This document shows, one piece after another, positions 39,541 through 54,500 of a stretch of DNA of 64,000 nucleotides. The position numbers and the translations under genes were made by a program. The number at the start of each line of letters is the position of its first letter. Position 1 is the first letter of the stretch. Source of the stretch: the human T2T-CHM13v2.0 reference genome, Homo sapiens. A model generated the notes under the pieces. The model had not been told where the DNA came from. It ran no database searches and saw only the letters and a list, made by a program, of their open reading frames with translations. The stretch is taken from the NCBI RefSeq assembly GCF_009914755.1, contig NC_060938.1. One strand, given 5' to 3'.

Positions 39541-42500
39541 TTATGGGAAGATATTTGCTTTTTCACCGTAGGCCTCAGAGCGCTCCAAATATCCACTTGC
39601 ACATACTACAAAAAGAGTGCCTCAAAGCTGCTCTCTGAAACGGAATGTGCAACTCTATGAGTTGAATGCAAACATCGCAAAGACGTTTCTGAGAATGCTT
39701 CTGTCTAGATTTGATATGAAGATATTCCCGTTTCCAACGAAATCTTCAAATCTATCCAAATGTCCACTTGCAGATTCAACAAAAAGTGTTTTTCAGAACT
39801 GCTCTATCAAAAGAAAGATCCACCTCTGTTAGCTGAGTTCACACATCACAAACAAGTTTATGAGAATGCTTCTGTCTAGTTTTTATTTGAAGATATTTCC
39901 TTTCTCACCATAGAGCTGAAAGCTGTCCTAATGTTCACTTCCAGATACTACAGAAAGAGTGTTTCAAAACTGCTGTACGAAAGGGAATGTTCAACTCTGT
40001 GACTTGAATGCACACATCACAAAGAAGTTTCTGAGGATGCTGCTGTCTACTTTTTATACGTAATCCCGTTTCCAACGAAATCCTCCAAGCTATCCAAATA
40101 TCCACTTGCAGATTCCACAGAAAGACTGTTTCAAAACTGCTCTGTCAATAGAAAGGTTCAACTCTGTTAGCTGCGTGCATATATCCCAAAGAAGATTCTG
40201 AGATTGCTTCTGTCTAGTTTTTATGGGAAGATATTTCCCTTTTCACCGTAGGTGTCAAGGCGCTCCAAATGTCCACTTCCAGATACTACAAAAAGAGTGT
40301 TTCAAACCTACTCTGTGAAAGGGAATATTCAACTCTGTGACTCGAATGCACATATCACAAAGAAGTTTCTGAGAATGCTTCTGTCGAGATTTTATATGAA
40401 GATATTCCCGTTTCCAACGAAATGCTGAAATCTATCCAAATATCCCCTCGCAGATTCTACAAAAAGAGTGTTTCAAAACTGCTCTGTGAAAAGAAAGGTT
40501 CAACTCTGTTAGTTGAGTACACACATCACAAACAAGTTTCACAGAATGCTTCTTTCTAGCTTGTAGGGGAAGATATTCCCTTTATCACCATGGGCCTCAA
40601 ACCGTCCGATAAGTCCACTTCCATATACTACAAAAAGAGCGTTTCAAACCTGCTCTATGAAAGGCAATGTTCAACTCTGTGACTTGAATGCAGACATCAC
40701 AGAGCAGTTTCTGAGAATGCTTCTGTCTAGATTTTATAGGAAGATATTCCCGTTTCCAACGAAATCTTCACAGCTATCCAAATATCCACTTGCAGATTCT
40801 ACAAAAAGAGTGTATCAAAACTGCTCTGTCAAAAGGAAGGTTCTTTTCTGTTAGGTGAGTGCATACGTCATAAAGGAGTTTCTGAGAATGTTTCTGTCTA
40901 GTGGTTATGGGAAGATATTTGCTTTTTCACCGTAGGCCTCAGAGCGCTCCAAATATCCACTTGCACATACTACAAAAAGAGTGCCTCAAAGCTGCTCTCT
41001 GAAACGGAATGTTCAACTCTATGAGTTGAATGCAAACATCGCAAAGACGTTTCTGAGAATGCTTCTGTCTAGATTTGATATGAAGATATTCCCGTTTCCA
41101 ACGAAATCTTCAAATCTATCCAAATGTCCACTTGCAGATTCAACAAAAAGTGTTTTTCAGAACTGCTCTATCAAAAGAAAGATCCACCTCTGTTAGCTGA
41201 GTTCACACATCACAAACAAGTTTATGAGAATGCTTCTGTCTAGTTTTTATTTGAAGATATTTCCTTTCTCACCATAGAGCTGAAAGCTGTCCTAATGTTC
41301 ACTTCCAGATACTACAGAAAGAGTGTTTCAAAACTGCTGTACGAAAGGGAATGTTCAACTCTGTGACTTGAATGCACACATCACAAAGAAGTTTCTGAGG
41401 ATGCTGCTGTCTACTTTTTATACGTAATCCCGTTTCCAACGAAATCCTCCAAGCTATCCAAATATCCACTTGCAGATTCCACAGAAAGACTGTTTCAAAA
41501 CTGCTCTGTCAATAGAAAGGTTCAACTCTGTTAGCTGCGTGCATATATCCCAAAGAAGATTCTGAGATTGCTTCTGTCTAGTTTTTATGGGAAGATATTT
41601 CCCTTTTCACCGTAGGTGTCAAGGCGCTCCAAATGTCCACTTCCAGATACTACAAAAAGAGTGTTTCAAACCTACTCTGTGAAAGGGAATATTCAACTCT
41701 GTGACTTGAATGCACATATCACAAAGAAGTTTCTGAGAATGCTTCTGTCGAGATTTTATATGAAGATATTCCCGTTTCCAACGAAATGCTGAAATCTATC
41801 CAAATATCCCCTCGCAGATTCTACAAAAAGAGTGTTTCAAAACTGCTCTGTGAAAAGAAAGGTTCAACTCTGTTAGTTGAGTACACACATCACAAACAAG
41901 TTTCACAGAATGCTTCTTTCTAGCTTGTAGGGGAAGATATTCCCTTTATCACCATGGGCCTCAAACCGTCCGAAAAGTCCACTTCCATATACTACAAAAA
42001 GAGCGTTTCAAACCTGCTCTATGAAAGGCAATGTTCAACTCTGTGACTTGAATGCAGACATCACAGAGCAGTTTCTGAGAATGCTTCTGTCTAGATTTTA
42101 TAGGAAGATATTCCCGTTTCCAACGAAATCTTCACAGCTATCCAAATATCCACTTGCAGATTCTACAAAAAGAGTGTATCAAAACTGCTCTGTCAAAAGG
42201 AAGGTTCTTTTCTGTTAGGTGAGTGCATACGTCATAAAGGAGTTTCTGAGAATGTTTCTGTCTAGTGGTTATGGGAAGATATTTGCTTTTTCACCGTAGG
42301 CCTCAGAGCGCTCCAAATATCCACTTGCACATACTACAAAAAGAGTGCCTCAAAGCTGCTCTCTGAAACGGAATGTTCAACTCTATGAGTTGAATGCAAA
42401 CATCGCAAAGACGTTTCTGAGAATGCTTCTGTCTAGATTTGATATGAAGATATTCCCGTTTCCAACGAAATCTTCAAATCTATCCAAATGTCCACTTGCA

Positions 42501-45500
42501 GATTCAACAAAAAGTGTTTTTCAGAACTGCTCTATCAAAAGAAAGATCCACCTCTGTTAGCTGAGTTCAGACATCACAAACAAGTTTATGAGAATGCTTC
42601 TGTCTAGTTTTTATTTGAAGATATTTCCTTTCTCACCATAGACCTGAAAGCTGTCCTAATGTTCACTTCCAGTTACTACAGAAAGAGTGTTTCAAAACTG
42701 CTGTACGAAAGGGAATGTTCAACTCTGTGACTTGAATGCACACATCACAAAGAAGTTTCTGAGGATGCTGCTGTCTACTTTTTATACTTAATCCCGTTTC
42801 CAACGAAATCCTCCAAGCTATCCAAATATCCACTTGCAGATTCCACAGAAAGACTGTTTCAAAACTGCTCTGTCAATAGAAAGGTTCAACTCTGTTAGCT
42901 GTGTGCATATATCCCAAAGAAGATTCTGAGATTGCTTCTGTCTAGTTTTTATGGGAAGATATTTCCCTTTTCACCGTAGGCGTCAAGGCGCTCCAAATGT
43001 CCACTTCCAGATACTACAAAAAGAGTGTTTCAAACCTACTCTGTGAAAGGGAATATTCAACTCTGTGACTTGAATGCACATATCACAAGGAAGTTTCTGA
43101 GAATGCTTCTGTCGAGATTTTATATGAAGATATTCCCGTTTCCAACGAAATCCTGAAATCTATCCAAATATCCCCTCGCAGATTCTACAAAAAGAGTGTT
43201 TCAAAACTGCTCTGTAAAAAGAAAGGTTCAACTCTGTTAGTTGAGTACACACATCACAAACAAGTTTCACAGAATGCTTCTTTCTAGCTTGTAGGGGAAG
43301 ATATTCCCTTTATCACCATGGGCCTCAAACCGTCCGATAAGTCCACTTCCATATACTACAAAAAGAGCGTTTCAAACCTGCTCTATGAAAGGCAATGTTC
43401 AACTCTGTGACTTGAATGCAGACATCACAGAGCAGTTTCTGAGAATGCTTCTGTCTAGATTTTATAGGAAGATATTCCCGTTTCCAACGAAATCTTCACA
43501 GCTATCCAAATATCCACTTGCAGATTCTACAAAAAGAGTGTATCAAAACTGCTCTGTCAAAAGGAAGGTTCTTTTCTGTTAGGTGAGTGCATACGTCATA
43601 AAGGAGTTTCTGAGAATGTTTCTGTCTAGTGGTTATGGGAAGATATTTGCTTTTTCACCGTAGGCCTCAGAGCGCTCCAAATATCCACTTGCACATACTA
43701 CAAAAAGAGTGCCTCAAAGCTGCTCTCTGAAACGGAATGTGCAACTCTATGAGTTGAATGCAAACATCGCAAAGACGTTTCTGAGAATGCTTCTGTCTAG
43801 ATTTGATATGAAGATATTCCCGTTTCCAACGAAATCTTCAAATCTATCCAAATGTCCACTTGCAGATTCAACAAAAAGTGTTTTTCAGAACTGCTCTATC
43901 AAAAGAAAGATCCACCTCTGTTAGCTGAGTTCACACATCACAAACAAGTTTATGAGAATGCTTCTGTCTAGTTTTTATTTGAAGATATTTCCTTTCTCAC
44001 CATAGAGCTGAAAGCTGTCCTAATGTTCACTTCCAGATACTACAGAAAGAGTGTTTCAAAACTGCTGTACGAAAGGGAATGTTCAACTCTGTGACTTGAA
44101 TGCACACATCACAAAGAAGTTTCTGAGGATGCTGCTGTCTACTTTTTATACGTAATCCCGTTTCCAACGAAATCCTCCAAGCTATCCAAATATCCACTTG
44201 CAGATTCCACAGAAAGACTGTTTCAAAACTGCTCTGTCAATAGAAAGGTTCAACTCTGTTAGCTGCGTGCATATATCCCAAAGAAGATTCTGAGATTGCT
44301 TCTGTCTAGTTTTTATGGGAAGATATTTCCCTTTTCACCGTAGGTGTCAAGGCGCTCCAAATGTCCACTTCCAGATACTACAAAAAGAGTGTTTCAAACC
44401 TACTCTGTGAAAGGGAATATTCAACTCTGTGACTCGAATGCACATATCACAAAGAAGTTTCTGAGAATGCTTCTGTCGAGATTTTATATGAAGATATTCC
44501 CGTTTCCAACGAAATGCTGAAATCTATCCAAATATCCCCTCGCAGATTCTACAAAAAGAGTGTTTCAAAACTGCTCTGTGAAAAGAAAGGTTCAACTCTG
44601 TTAGTTGAGTACACACATCACAAACAAGTTTCACAGAATGCTTCTTTCTAGCTTGTAGGGGAAGATATTCCCTTTATCACCATGGGCCTCAAACCGTCCG
44701 ATAAGTCCACTTCCATATACTACAAAAAGAGCGTTTCAAACCTGCTCTATGAAAGGCAATGTTCAACTCTGTGACTTGAATGCAGACATCACAGAGCAGT
44801 TTCTGAGAATGCTTCTGTCTAGATTTTATAGGAAGATATTCCCGTTTCCAACGAAATCTTCACAGCTATCCAAATATCCACTTGCAGATTCTACAAAAAG
44901 AGTGTATCAAAACTGCTCTGTCAAAAGGAAGGTTCTTTTCTGTTAGGTGAGTGCATACGTCATAAAGGAGTTTCTGAGAATGTTTCTGTCTAGTGGTTAT
45001 GGGAAGATATTTGCTTTTTCACCGTAGGCCTCAGAGCGCTCCAAATATCCACTTGCACATACTACAAAAAGAGTGCCTCAAAGCTGCTCTCTGAAACGGA
45101 ATGTTCAACTCTATGAGTTGAATGCAAACATCGCAAAGACGTTTCTGAGAATGCTTCTGTCTAGATTTGATATGAAGATATTCCCGTTTCCAACGAAATC
45201 TTCAAATCTATCCAAATGTCCACTTGCAGATTCAACAAAAAGTGTTTTTCAGAACTGCTCTATCAAAAGAAAGATCCACCTCTGTTAGCTGAGTTCACAC
45301 ATCACAAACAAGTTTATGAGAATGCTTCTGTCTAGTTTTTATTTGAAGATATTTCCTTTCTCACCATAGAGCTGAAAGCTGTCCTAATGTTCACTTCCAG
45401 ATACTACAGAAAGAGTGTTTCAAAACTGCTGTACGAAAGGGAATGTTCAACTCTGTGACTTGAATGCACACATCACAAAGAAGTTTCTGAGGATGCTGCT

Positions 45501-48500
45501 GTCTACTTTTTATACGTAATCCCGTTTCCAACGAAATCCTCCAAGCTATCCAAATATCCACTTGCAGATTCCACAGAAAGACTGTTTCAAAACTGCTCTG
45601 TCAATAGAAAGGTTCAACTCTGTTAGCTGCGTGCATATATCCCAAAGAAGATTCTGAGATTGCTTCTGTCTAGTTTTTATGGGAAGATATTTCCCTTTTC
45701 ACCGTAGGTGTCAAGGCGCTCCAAATGTCCACTTCCAGATACTACAAAAAGAGTGTTTCAAACCTACTCTGTGAAAGGGAATATTCAACTCTGTGACTTG
45801 AATGCACATATCACAAAGAAGTTTCTGAGAATGCTTCTGTCGAGATTTTATATGAAGATATTCCCGTTTCCAACGAAATGCTGAAATCTATCCAAATATC
45901 CCCTCGCAGATTCTACAAAAAGAGTGTTTCAAAACTGCTCTGTGAAAAGAAAGGTTCAACTCTGTTAGTTGAGTACACACATCACAAACAAGTTTCACAG
46001 AATGCTTCTTTCTAGCTTGTAGGGGAAGATATTCCCTTTATCACCATGGGCCTCAAACCGTCCGAAAAGTCCACTTCCATATACTACAAAAAGAGCGTTT
46101 CAAACCTGCTCTATGAAAGGCAATGTTCAACTCTGTGACTTGAATGCAGACATCACAGAGCAGTTTCTGAGAATGCTTCTGTCTAGATTTTATAGGAAGA
46201 TATTCCCGTTTCCAACGAAATCTTCACAGCTATCCAAATATCCACTTGCAGATTCTACAAAAAGAGTGTATCAAAACTGCTCTGTCAAAAGGAAGGTTCT
46301 TTTCTGTTAGGTGAGTGCATACGTCATAAAGGAGTTTCTGAGAATGTTTCTGTCTAGTGGTTATGGGAAGATATTTGCTTTTTCACCGTAGGCCTCAGAG
46401 CGCTCCAAATATCCACTTGCACATACTACAAAAAGAGTGCCTCAAAGCTGCTCTCTGAAACGGAATGTTCAACTCTATGAGTTGAATGCAAACATCGCAA
46501 AGACGTTTCTGAGAATGCTTCTGTCTAGATTTGATATGAAGATATTCCCGTTTCCAACGAAATCTTCAAATCTATCCAAATGTCCACTTGCAGATTCAAC
46601 AAAAAGTGTTTTTCAGAACTGCTCTATCAAAAGAAAGATCCACCTCTGTTAGCTGAGTTCAGACATCACAAACAAGTTTATGAGAATGCTTCTGTCTAGT
46701 TTTTATTTGAAGATATTTCCTTTCTCACCATAGACCTGAAAGCTGTCCTAATGTTCACTTCCAGTTACTACAGAAAGAGTGTTTCAAAACTGCTGTACGA
46801 AAGGGAATGTTCAACTCTGTGACTTGAATGCACACATCACAAAGAAGTTTCTGAGGATGCTGCTGTCTACTTTTTATACTTAATCCCGTTTCCAACGAAA
46901 TCCTCCAAGCTATCCAAATATCCACTTGCAGATTCCACAGAAAGACTGTTTCAAAACTGCTCTGTCAATAGAAAGGTTCAACTCTGTTAGCTGTGTGCAT
47001 ATATCCCAAAGAAGATTCTGAGATTGCTTCTGTCTAGTTTTTATGGGAAGATATTTCCCTTTTCACCGTAGGCGTCAAGGCGCTCCAAATGTCCACTTCC
47101 AGATACTACAAAAAGAGTGTTTCAAACCTACTCTGTGAAAGGGAATATTCAACTCTGTGACTTGAATGCACATATCACAAGGAAGTTTCTGAGAATGCTT
47201 CTGTCGAGATTTTATATGAAGATATTCCCGTTTCCAACGAAATCCTGAAATCTATCCAAATATCCCCTCGCAGATTCTACAAAAAGAGTGTTTCAAAACT
47301 GCTCTGTGAAAAGAAAGGTTCAACTCTGTTAGTTGAGTACACACATCACAAACAAGTTTCACAGAATGCTTCTTTCTAGCTTGTAGGGGAAGATATTCCC
47401 TTTATCACCATGGGCCTCAAACCGTCCGAAAAGTCCACTTCCATATACTACAAAAAGAGCGTTTCAAACCTGCTCTATGAAAGGCAATGTTCAACTCTGT
47501 GACTTGAATGCAGACATCACAGAGCAGTTTCTGAGAATGCTTCTGTCTAGATTTTATAGGAAGATATTCCCGTTTCCAACGAAATCTTCACAGCTATCCA
47601 AATATCCACTTGCAGATTCTACAAAAAGAGTGTATCAAAACTGCTCTGTCAAAAGGAAGGTTCTTTTCTGTTAGGTGAGTGCATACGTCATAAAGGAGTT
47701 TCTGAGAATGTTTCTGTCTAGTGGTTATGGGAAGATATTTGCTTTTTCACCGTAGGCCTCAGAGCGCTCCAAATATCCACTTGCACATACTACAAAAAGA
47801 GTGCCTCAAAGCTGCTCTCTGAAACGGAATGTGCAACTCTATGAGTTGAATGCAAACATCGCAAAGACGTTTCTGAGAATGCTTCTGTCTAGATTTGATA
47901 TGAAGATATTCCCGTTTCCAACGAAATCTTCAAATCTATCCAAATGTCCACTTGCAGATTCAACAAAAAGTGTTTTTCAGAACTGCTCTATCAAAAGAAA
48001 GATCCACCTCTGTTAGCTGAGTTCACACATCACAAACAAGTTTATGAGAATGCTTCTGTCTAGTTTTTATTTGAAGATATTTCCTTTCTCACCATAGAGC
48101 TGAAAGCTGTCCTAATGTTCACTTCCAGATACTACAGAAAGAGTGTTTCAAAACTGCTGTACGAAAGGGAATGTTCAACTCTGTGACTTGAATGCACACA
48201 TCACAAAGAAGTTTCTGAGGATGCTGCTGTCTACTTTTTATACGTAATCCCGTTTCCAACGAAATCCTCCAAGCTATCCAAATATCCACTTGCAGATTCC
48301 ACAGAAAGACTGTTTCAAAACTGCTCTGTCAATAGAAAGGTTCAACTCTGTTAGCTGCGTGCATATATCCCAAAGAAGATTCTGAGATTGCTTCTGTCTA
48401 GTTTTTATGGGAAGATATTTCCCTTTTCACCGTAGGTGTCAAGGCGCTCCAAATGTCCACTTCCAGATACTACAAAAAGAGTGTTTCAAACCTACTCTGT

Positions 48501-51500
48501 GAAAGGGAATATTCAACTCTGTGACTCGAATGCACATATCACAAAGAAGTTTCTGAGAATGCTTCTGTCGAGATTTTATATGAAGATATTCCCGTTTCCA
48601 ACGAAATCCTGAAATCTATCCAAATATCCCCTCGCAGATTCTACAAAAAGAGTGTTTCAAAACTGCTCTGTGAAAAGAAAGGTTCAACTCTGTTAGTTGA
48701 GTACACACATCACAAACAAGTTTCACAGAATGCTTCTTTCTAGCTTGTAGGGGAAGATATTCCCTTTATCACCATGGGCCTCAAACCGTCCGATAAGTCC
48801 ACTTCCATATACTACAAAAAGAGCGTTTCAAACCTGCTCTATGAAAGGCAATGTTCAACTCTGTGACTTGAATGCAGACATCACAGAGCAGTTTCTGAGA
48901 ATGCTTCTGTCTAGATTTTATAGGAAGATATTCCCGTTTCCAACGAAATCTTCACAGCTATCCAAATATCCACTTGCAGATTCTACAAAAAGAGTGTATC
49001 AAAACTGCTCTGTCAAAAGGAAGGTTCTTTTCTGTTAGGTGAGTGCATACGTCATAAAGGAGTTTCTGAGAATGTTTCTGTCTAGTGGTTATGGGAAGAT
49101 ATTTGCTTTTTCACCGTAGGCCTCAGAGCGCTCCAAATATCCACTTGCACATACTACAAAAAGAGTGCCTCAAAGCTGCTCTCTGAAACGGAATGTTCAA
49201 CTCTATGAGTTGAATGCAAACATCGCAAAGACGTTTCTGAGAATGCTTCTGTCTAGATTTGATATGAAGATATTCCCGTTTCCAACGAAATCTTCAAATC
49301 TATCCAAATGTCCACTTGCATATTCAACAAAAAGTGTTTTTCAGAACTGCTCTATCAAAAGAAAGATCCACCTCTGTTAGCTGAGTTCACACATCACAAA
49401 CAAGTTTATGAGAATGCTTCTGTCTAGTTTTTATTTGAAGATATTTCCTTTCTCACCATAGAGCTGAAAGCTGTCCTAATGTTCACTTCCAGATACTACA
49501 GAAAGAGTGTTTCAAAACTGCTGTACGAAAGGGAATGTTCAACTCTGTGACTTGAATGCACACATCACAAAGAAGTTTCTGAGGATGCTGCTGTCTACTT
49601 TTTATACGTAATCCCGTTTCCAACGAAATCCTCCAAGCTATCCAAATATCCACTTGCAGATTCCACAGAAAGACTGTTTCAAAACTGCTCTGTCAATAGA
49701 AAGGTTCAACTCTGTTAGCTGCGTGCATATATCCCAAAGAAGATTCTGAGATTGCTTCTGTCTAGTTTTTATGGGAAGATATTTCCCTTTTCACCGTAGG
49801 TGTCAAGGCGCTCCAAATGTCCACTTCCAGATACTACAAAAAGAGTGTTTCAAACCTACTCTGTGAAAGGGAATATTCAACTCTGTGACTTGAATGCACA
49901 TATCACAAAGAAGTTTCTGAGAATGCTTCTGTCGAGATTTTATATGAAGATATTCCCGTTTCCAACGAAATGCTGAAATCTATCCAAATATCCCCTCGCA
50001 GATTCTACAAAAAGAGTGTTTCAAAACTGCTCTGTGAAAAGAAAGGTTCAACTCTGTTAGTTGAGTACACACATCACAAACAAGTTTCACAGAATGCTTC
50101 TTTCTAGCTTGTAGGGGAAGATATTCCCTTTATCACCATGGGCCTCAAACCGTCCGATAAGTCCACTTCCATATACTACAAAAAGAGCGTTTCAAACCTG
50201 CTCTATGAAAGGCAATGTTCAACTCTGTGACTTGAATGCAGACATCACAGAGCAGTTTCTGAGAATGCTTCTGTCTAGATTTTATAGGAAGATATTCCCG
50301 TTTCCAACGAAATCTTCACAGCTATCCAAATATCCACTTGCAGATTCTACAAAAAGAGTGTATCAAAACTGCTCTGTCAAAAGGAAGGTTCTTTTCTGTT
50401 AGGTGAGTGCATACGTCATAAAGGAGTTTCTGAGAATGTTTCTGTCTAGTGGTTATGGGAAGATATTTGCTTTTTCACCGTAGGCCTCAGAGCGCTCCAA
50501 ATATCCACTTGCACATACTACAAAAAGAGTGCCTCAAAGCTGCTCTCTGAAACGGAATGTTCAACTCTATGAGTTGAATGCAAACATCGCAAAGACGTTT
50601 CTGAGAATGCTTCTGTCTAGATTTGATATGAAGATATTCCCGTTTCCAACGAAATCTTCAAATCTATCCAAATGTCCACTTGCAGATTCAACAAAAAGTG
50701 TTTTTCAGAACTGCTCTATCAAAAGAAAGATCCACCTCTGTTAGCTGAGTTCAGACATCACAAACAAGTTTATGAGAATGCTTCTGTCTAGTTTTTATTT
50801 GAAGATATTTCCTTTCTCACCATAGACCTGAAAGCTGTCCTAATGTTCACTTCCAGTTACTACAGAAAGAGTGTTTCAAAACTGCTGTACGAAAGGGAAT
50901 GTTCAACTCTGTGACTTGAATGCACACATCACAAAGAAGTTTCTGAGGATGCTGCTGTCTACTTTTTATACTTAATCCCGTTTCCAACGAAATCCTCCAA
51001 GCTATCCAAATATCCACTTGCAGATTCCACAGAAAGACTGTTTCAAAACTGCTCTGTCAATAGAAAGGTTCAACTCTGTTAGCTGTGTGCATATATCCCA
51101 AAGAAGATTCTGAGATTGCTTCTGTCTAGTTTTTATGGGAAGATATTTCCCTTTTCACCGTAGGCGTCAAGGCGCTCCAAATGTCCACTTCCAGATACTA
51201 CAAAAAGAGTGTTTCAAACCTACTCTGTGAAAGGGAATATTCAACTCTGTGACTTGAATGCACATATCACAAGGAAGTTTCTGAGAATGCTTCTGTCGAG
51301 ATTTTATATGAAGATATTCCCGTTTCCAACGAAATCCTGAAATCTATCCAAATATCCCCTCGCAGATTCTACAAAAAGAGTGTTTCAAAACTGCTCTGTG
51401 AAAAGAAAGGTTCAACTCTGTTAGTTGAGTACACACATCACAAACAAGTTTCACAGAATGCTTCTTTCTAGCTTGTAGGGGAAGATATTCCCTTTATCAC

Positions 51501-54500
51501 CATGGGCCTCAAACCGTCCGATAAGTCCACTTCCATATACTACAAAAAGAGCGTTTCAAACCTGCTCTATGAAAGGCAATGTTCAACTCTGTGACTTGAA
51601 TGCAGACATCACAGAGCAGTTTCTGAGAATGCTTCTGTCTAGATTTTATAGGAAGATATTCCCGTTTCCAACGAAATCTTCACAGCTATCCAAATATCCA
51701 CTTGCAGATTCTACAAAAAGAGTGTATCAAAACTGCTCTGTCAAAAGGAAGGTTCTTTTCTGTTAGGTGAGTGCATACGTCATAAAGGAGTTTCTGAGAA
51801 TGTTTCTGTCTAGTGGTTATGGGAAGATATTTGCTTTTTCACCGTAGGCCTCAGAGCGCTCCAAATATCCACTTGCACATACTACAAAAAGAGTGCCTCA
51901 AAGCTGCTCTCTGAAACGGAATGTGCAACTCTATGAGTTGAATGCAAATATCGCAAAGACGTTTCTGAGAATGCTTCTGTCTAGATTTGATATGAAGATA
52001 TTCCCGTTTCCAACGAAATCTTCAAATCTATCCAAATGTCCACTTGCAGATTCAACAAAAAGTGTTTTTCAGAACTGCTCTATCAAAAGAAAGATCCACC
52101 TCTGTTAGCTGAGTTCACACATCACAAACAAGTTTATGAGAATGCTTCTGTCTAGTTTTTATTTGAAGATATTTCCTTTCTCACCATAGACCTGAAAGCT
52201 GTCCTAATGTTCACTTCCAGTTACTACAGAAAGAGTGTTTCAAAACTGCTGTACGAAAGGGAATGTTCAACTCTGTGACTTGAATGCACACATCACAAAG
52301 AAGTTTCTGAGGATGCTGCTGTCTACTTTTTATACTTAATCCCGTTTCCAACGAAATCCTCCAAGCTATCCAAATATCCACTTGCAGATTCCACAGAAAG
52401 ACTGTTTCAAAACTGCTCTGTCAATAGAAAGGTTCAACTCTGTTAGCTGTGTGCATATATCCCAAAGAAGATTCTGAGATTGCTTCTGTCTAGTTTTTAT
52501 GGGAAGATATTTCCCTTTTCACCGTAGGCGTCAAGGCGCTCCAAATGTCCACTTCCAGATACTACAAAAAGAGTGTTTCAAACCTACTCTGTGAAAGGGA
52601 ATATTCAACTCTGTGACTTGAATGCACATATCACAAGGAAGTTTCTGAGAATGCTTCTGTCGAGATTTTATATGAAGATATTCCCGTTTCCAACGAAATC
52701 CTGAAATCTATCCAAATATCCCCTCGCAGATTCTACAAAAAGAGTGTTTCAAAACTGCTCTGTAAAAAGAAAGGTTCAACTCTGTTAGTTGAGTACACAC
52801 ATCACAAACAAGTTTCACAGAATGCTTCTTTCTAGCTTGTAGGGGAAGATATTCCCTTTATCACCATGGGCCTCAAACCGTCCGATAAGTCCACTTCCAT
52901 ATACTACAAAAAGAGCGTTTCAAACCTGCTCTATGAAAGGCAATGTTCAACTCTGTGACTTGAATGCAGACATCACAGAGCAGTTTCTGAGAATGCTTCT
53001 GTCTAGATTTTATAGGAAGATATTCCCGTTTCCAACGAAATCTTCACAGCTATCCAAATATCCACTTGCAGATTCTACAAAAAGAGTGTATCAAAACTGC
53101 TCTGTCAAAAGGAAGGTTCTTTTCTGTTAGGTGAGTGCATACGTCATAAAGGAGTTTCTGAGAATGTTTCTGTCTAGTGGTTATGGGAAGATATTTGCTT
53201 TTTCACCGTAGGCCTCAGAGCGCTCCAAATATCCACTTGCACATACTACAAAAAGAGTGCCTCAAAGCTGCTCTCTGAAACGGAATGTGCAACTCTATGA
53301 GTTGAATGCAAACATCGCAAAGACGTTTCTGAGAATGCTTCTGTCTAGATTTGATATGAAGATATTCCCGTTTCCAACGAAATCTTCAAATCTATCCAAA
53401 TGTCCACTTGCAGATTCAACAAAAAGTGTTTTTCAGAACTGCTCTATCAAAAGAAAGATCCACCTCTGTTAGCTGAGTTCACACATCACAAACAAGTTTA
53501 TGAGAATGCTTCTGTCTAGTTTTTATTTGAAGATATTTCCTTTCTCACCATAGAGCTGAAAGCTGTCCTAATGTTCACTTCCAGATACTACAGAAAGAGT
53601 GTTTCAAAACTGCTGTACGAAAGGGAATGTTCAACTCTGTGACTTGAATGCACACATCACAAAGAAGTTTCTGAGGATGCTGCTGTCTACTTTTTATACG
53701 TAATCCCGTTTCCAACGAAATCCTCCAAGCTATCCAAATATCCACTTGCAGATTCCACAGAAAGACTGTTTCAAAACTGCTCTGTCAATAGAAAGGTTCA
53801 ACTCTGTTAGCTGCGTGCATATATCCCAAAGAAGATTCTGAGATTGCTTCTGTCTAGTTTTTATGGGAAGATATTTCCCTTTTCACCGTAGGCGTCAAGG
53901 CGCTCCAAATGTCCACTTCCAGATACTACAAAAAGAGTGTTTCAAACCTACTCTGTGAAAGGGAATATTCAACTCTGTGACTCGAATGCACATATCACAA
54001 AGAAGTTTCTGAGAATGCTTCTGTCGAGATTTTATATGAAGATATTCCCGTTTCCAACGAAATGCTGAAATCTATCCAAATATCCCCTCGCAGATTCTAC
54101 AAAAAGAGTGTTTCAAAACTGCTCTGTGAAAAGAAAGGTTCAACTCTGTTAGTTGAGTACACACATCACAAACAAGTTTCACAGAATGCTTCTTTCTAGC
54201 TTGTAGGGGAAGATATTCCCTTTATCACCATGGGCCTCAAACCGTCCGATAAGTCCACTTCCATATACTACAAAAAGAGCGTTTCAAACCTGCTCTATGA
54301 AAGGCAATGTTCAACTCTGTGACTTGAATGCAGACATCACAGAGCAGTTTCTGAGAATGCTTCTGTCTAGATTTTATAGGAAGATATTCCCGTTTCCAAC
54401 GAAATCTTCACAGCTATCCAAATATCCACTTGCAGATTCTACAAAAAGAGTGTATCAAAACTGCTCTGTCAAAAGGAAGGTTCTTTTCTGTTAGGTGAGT

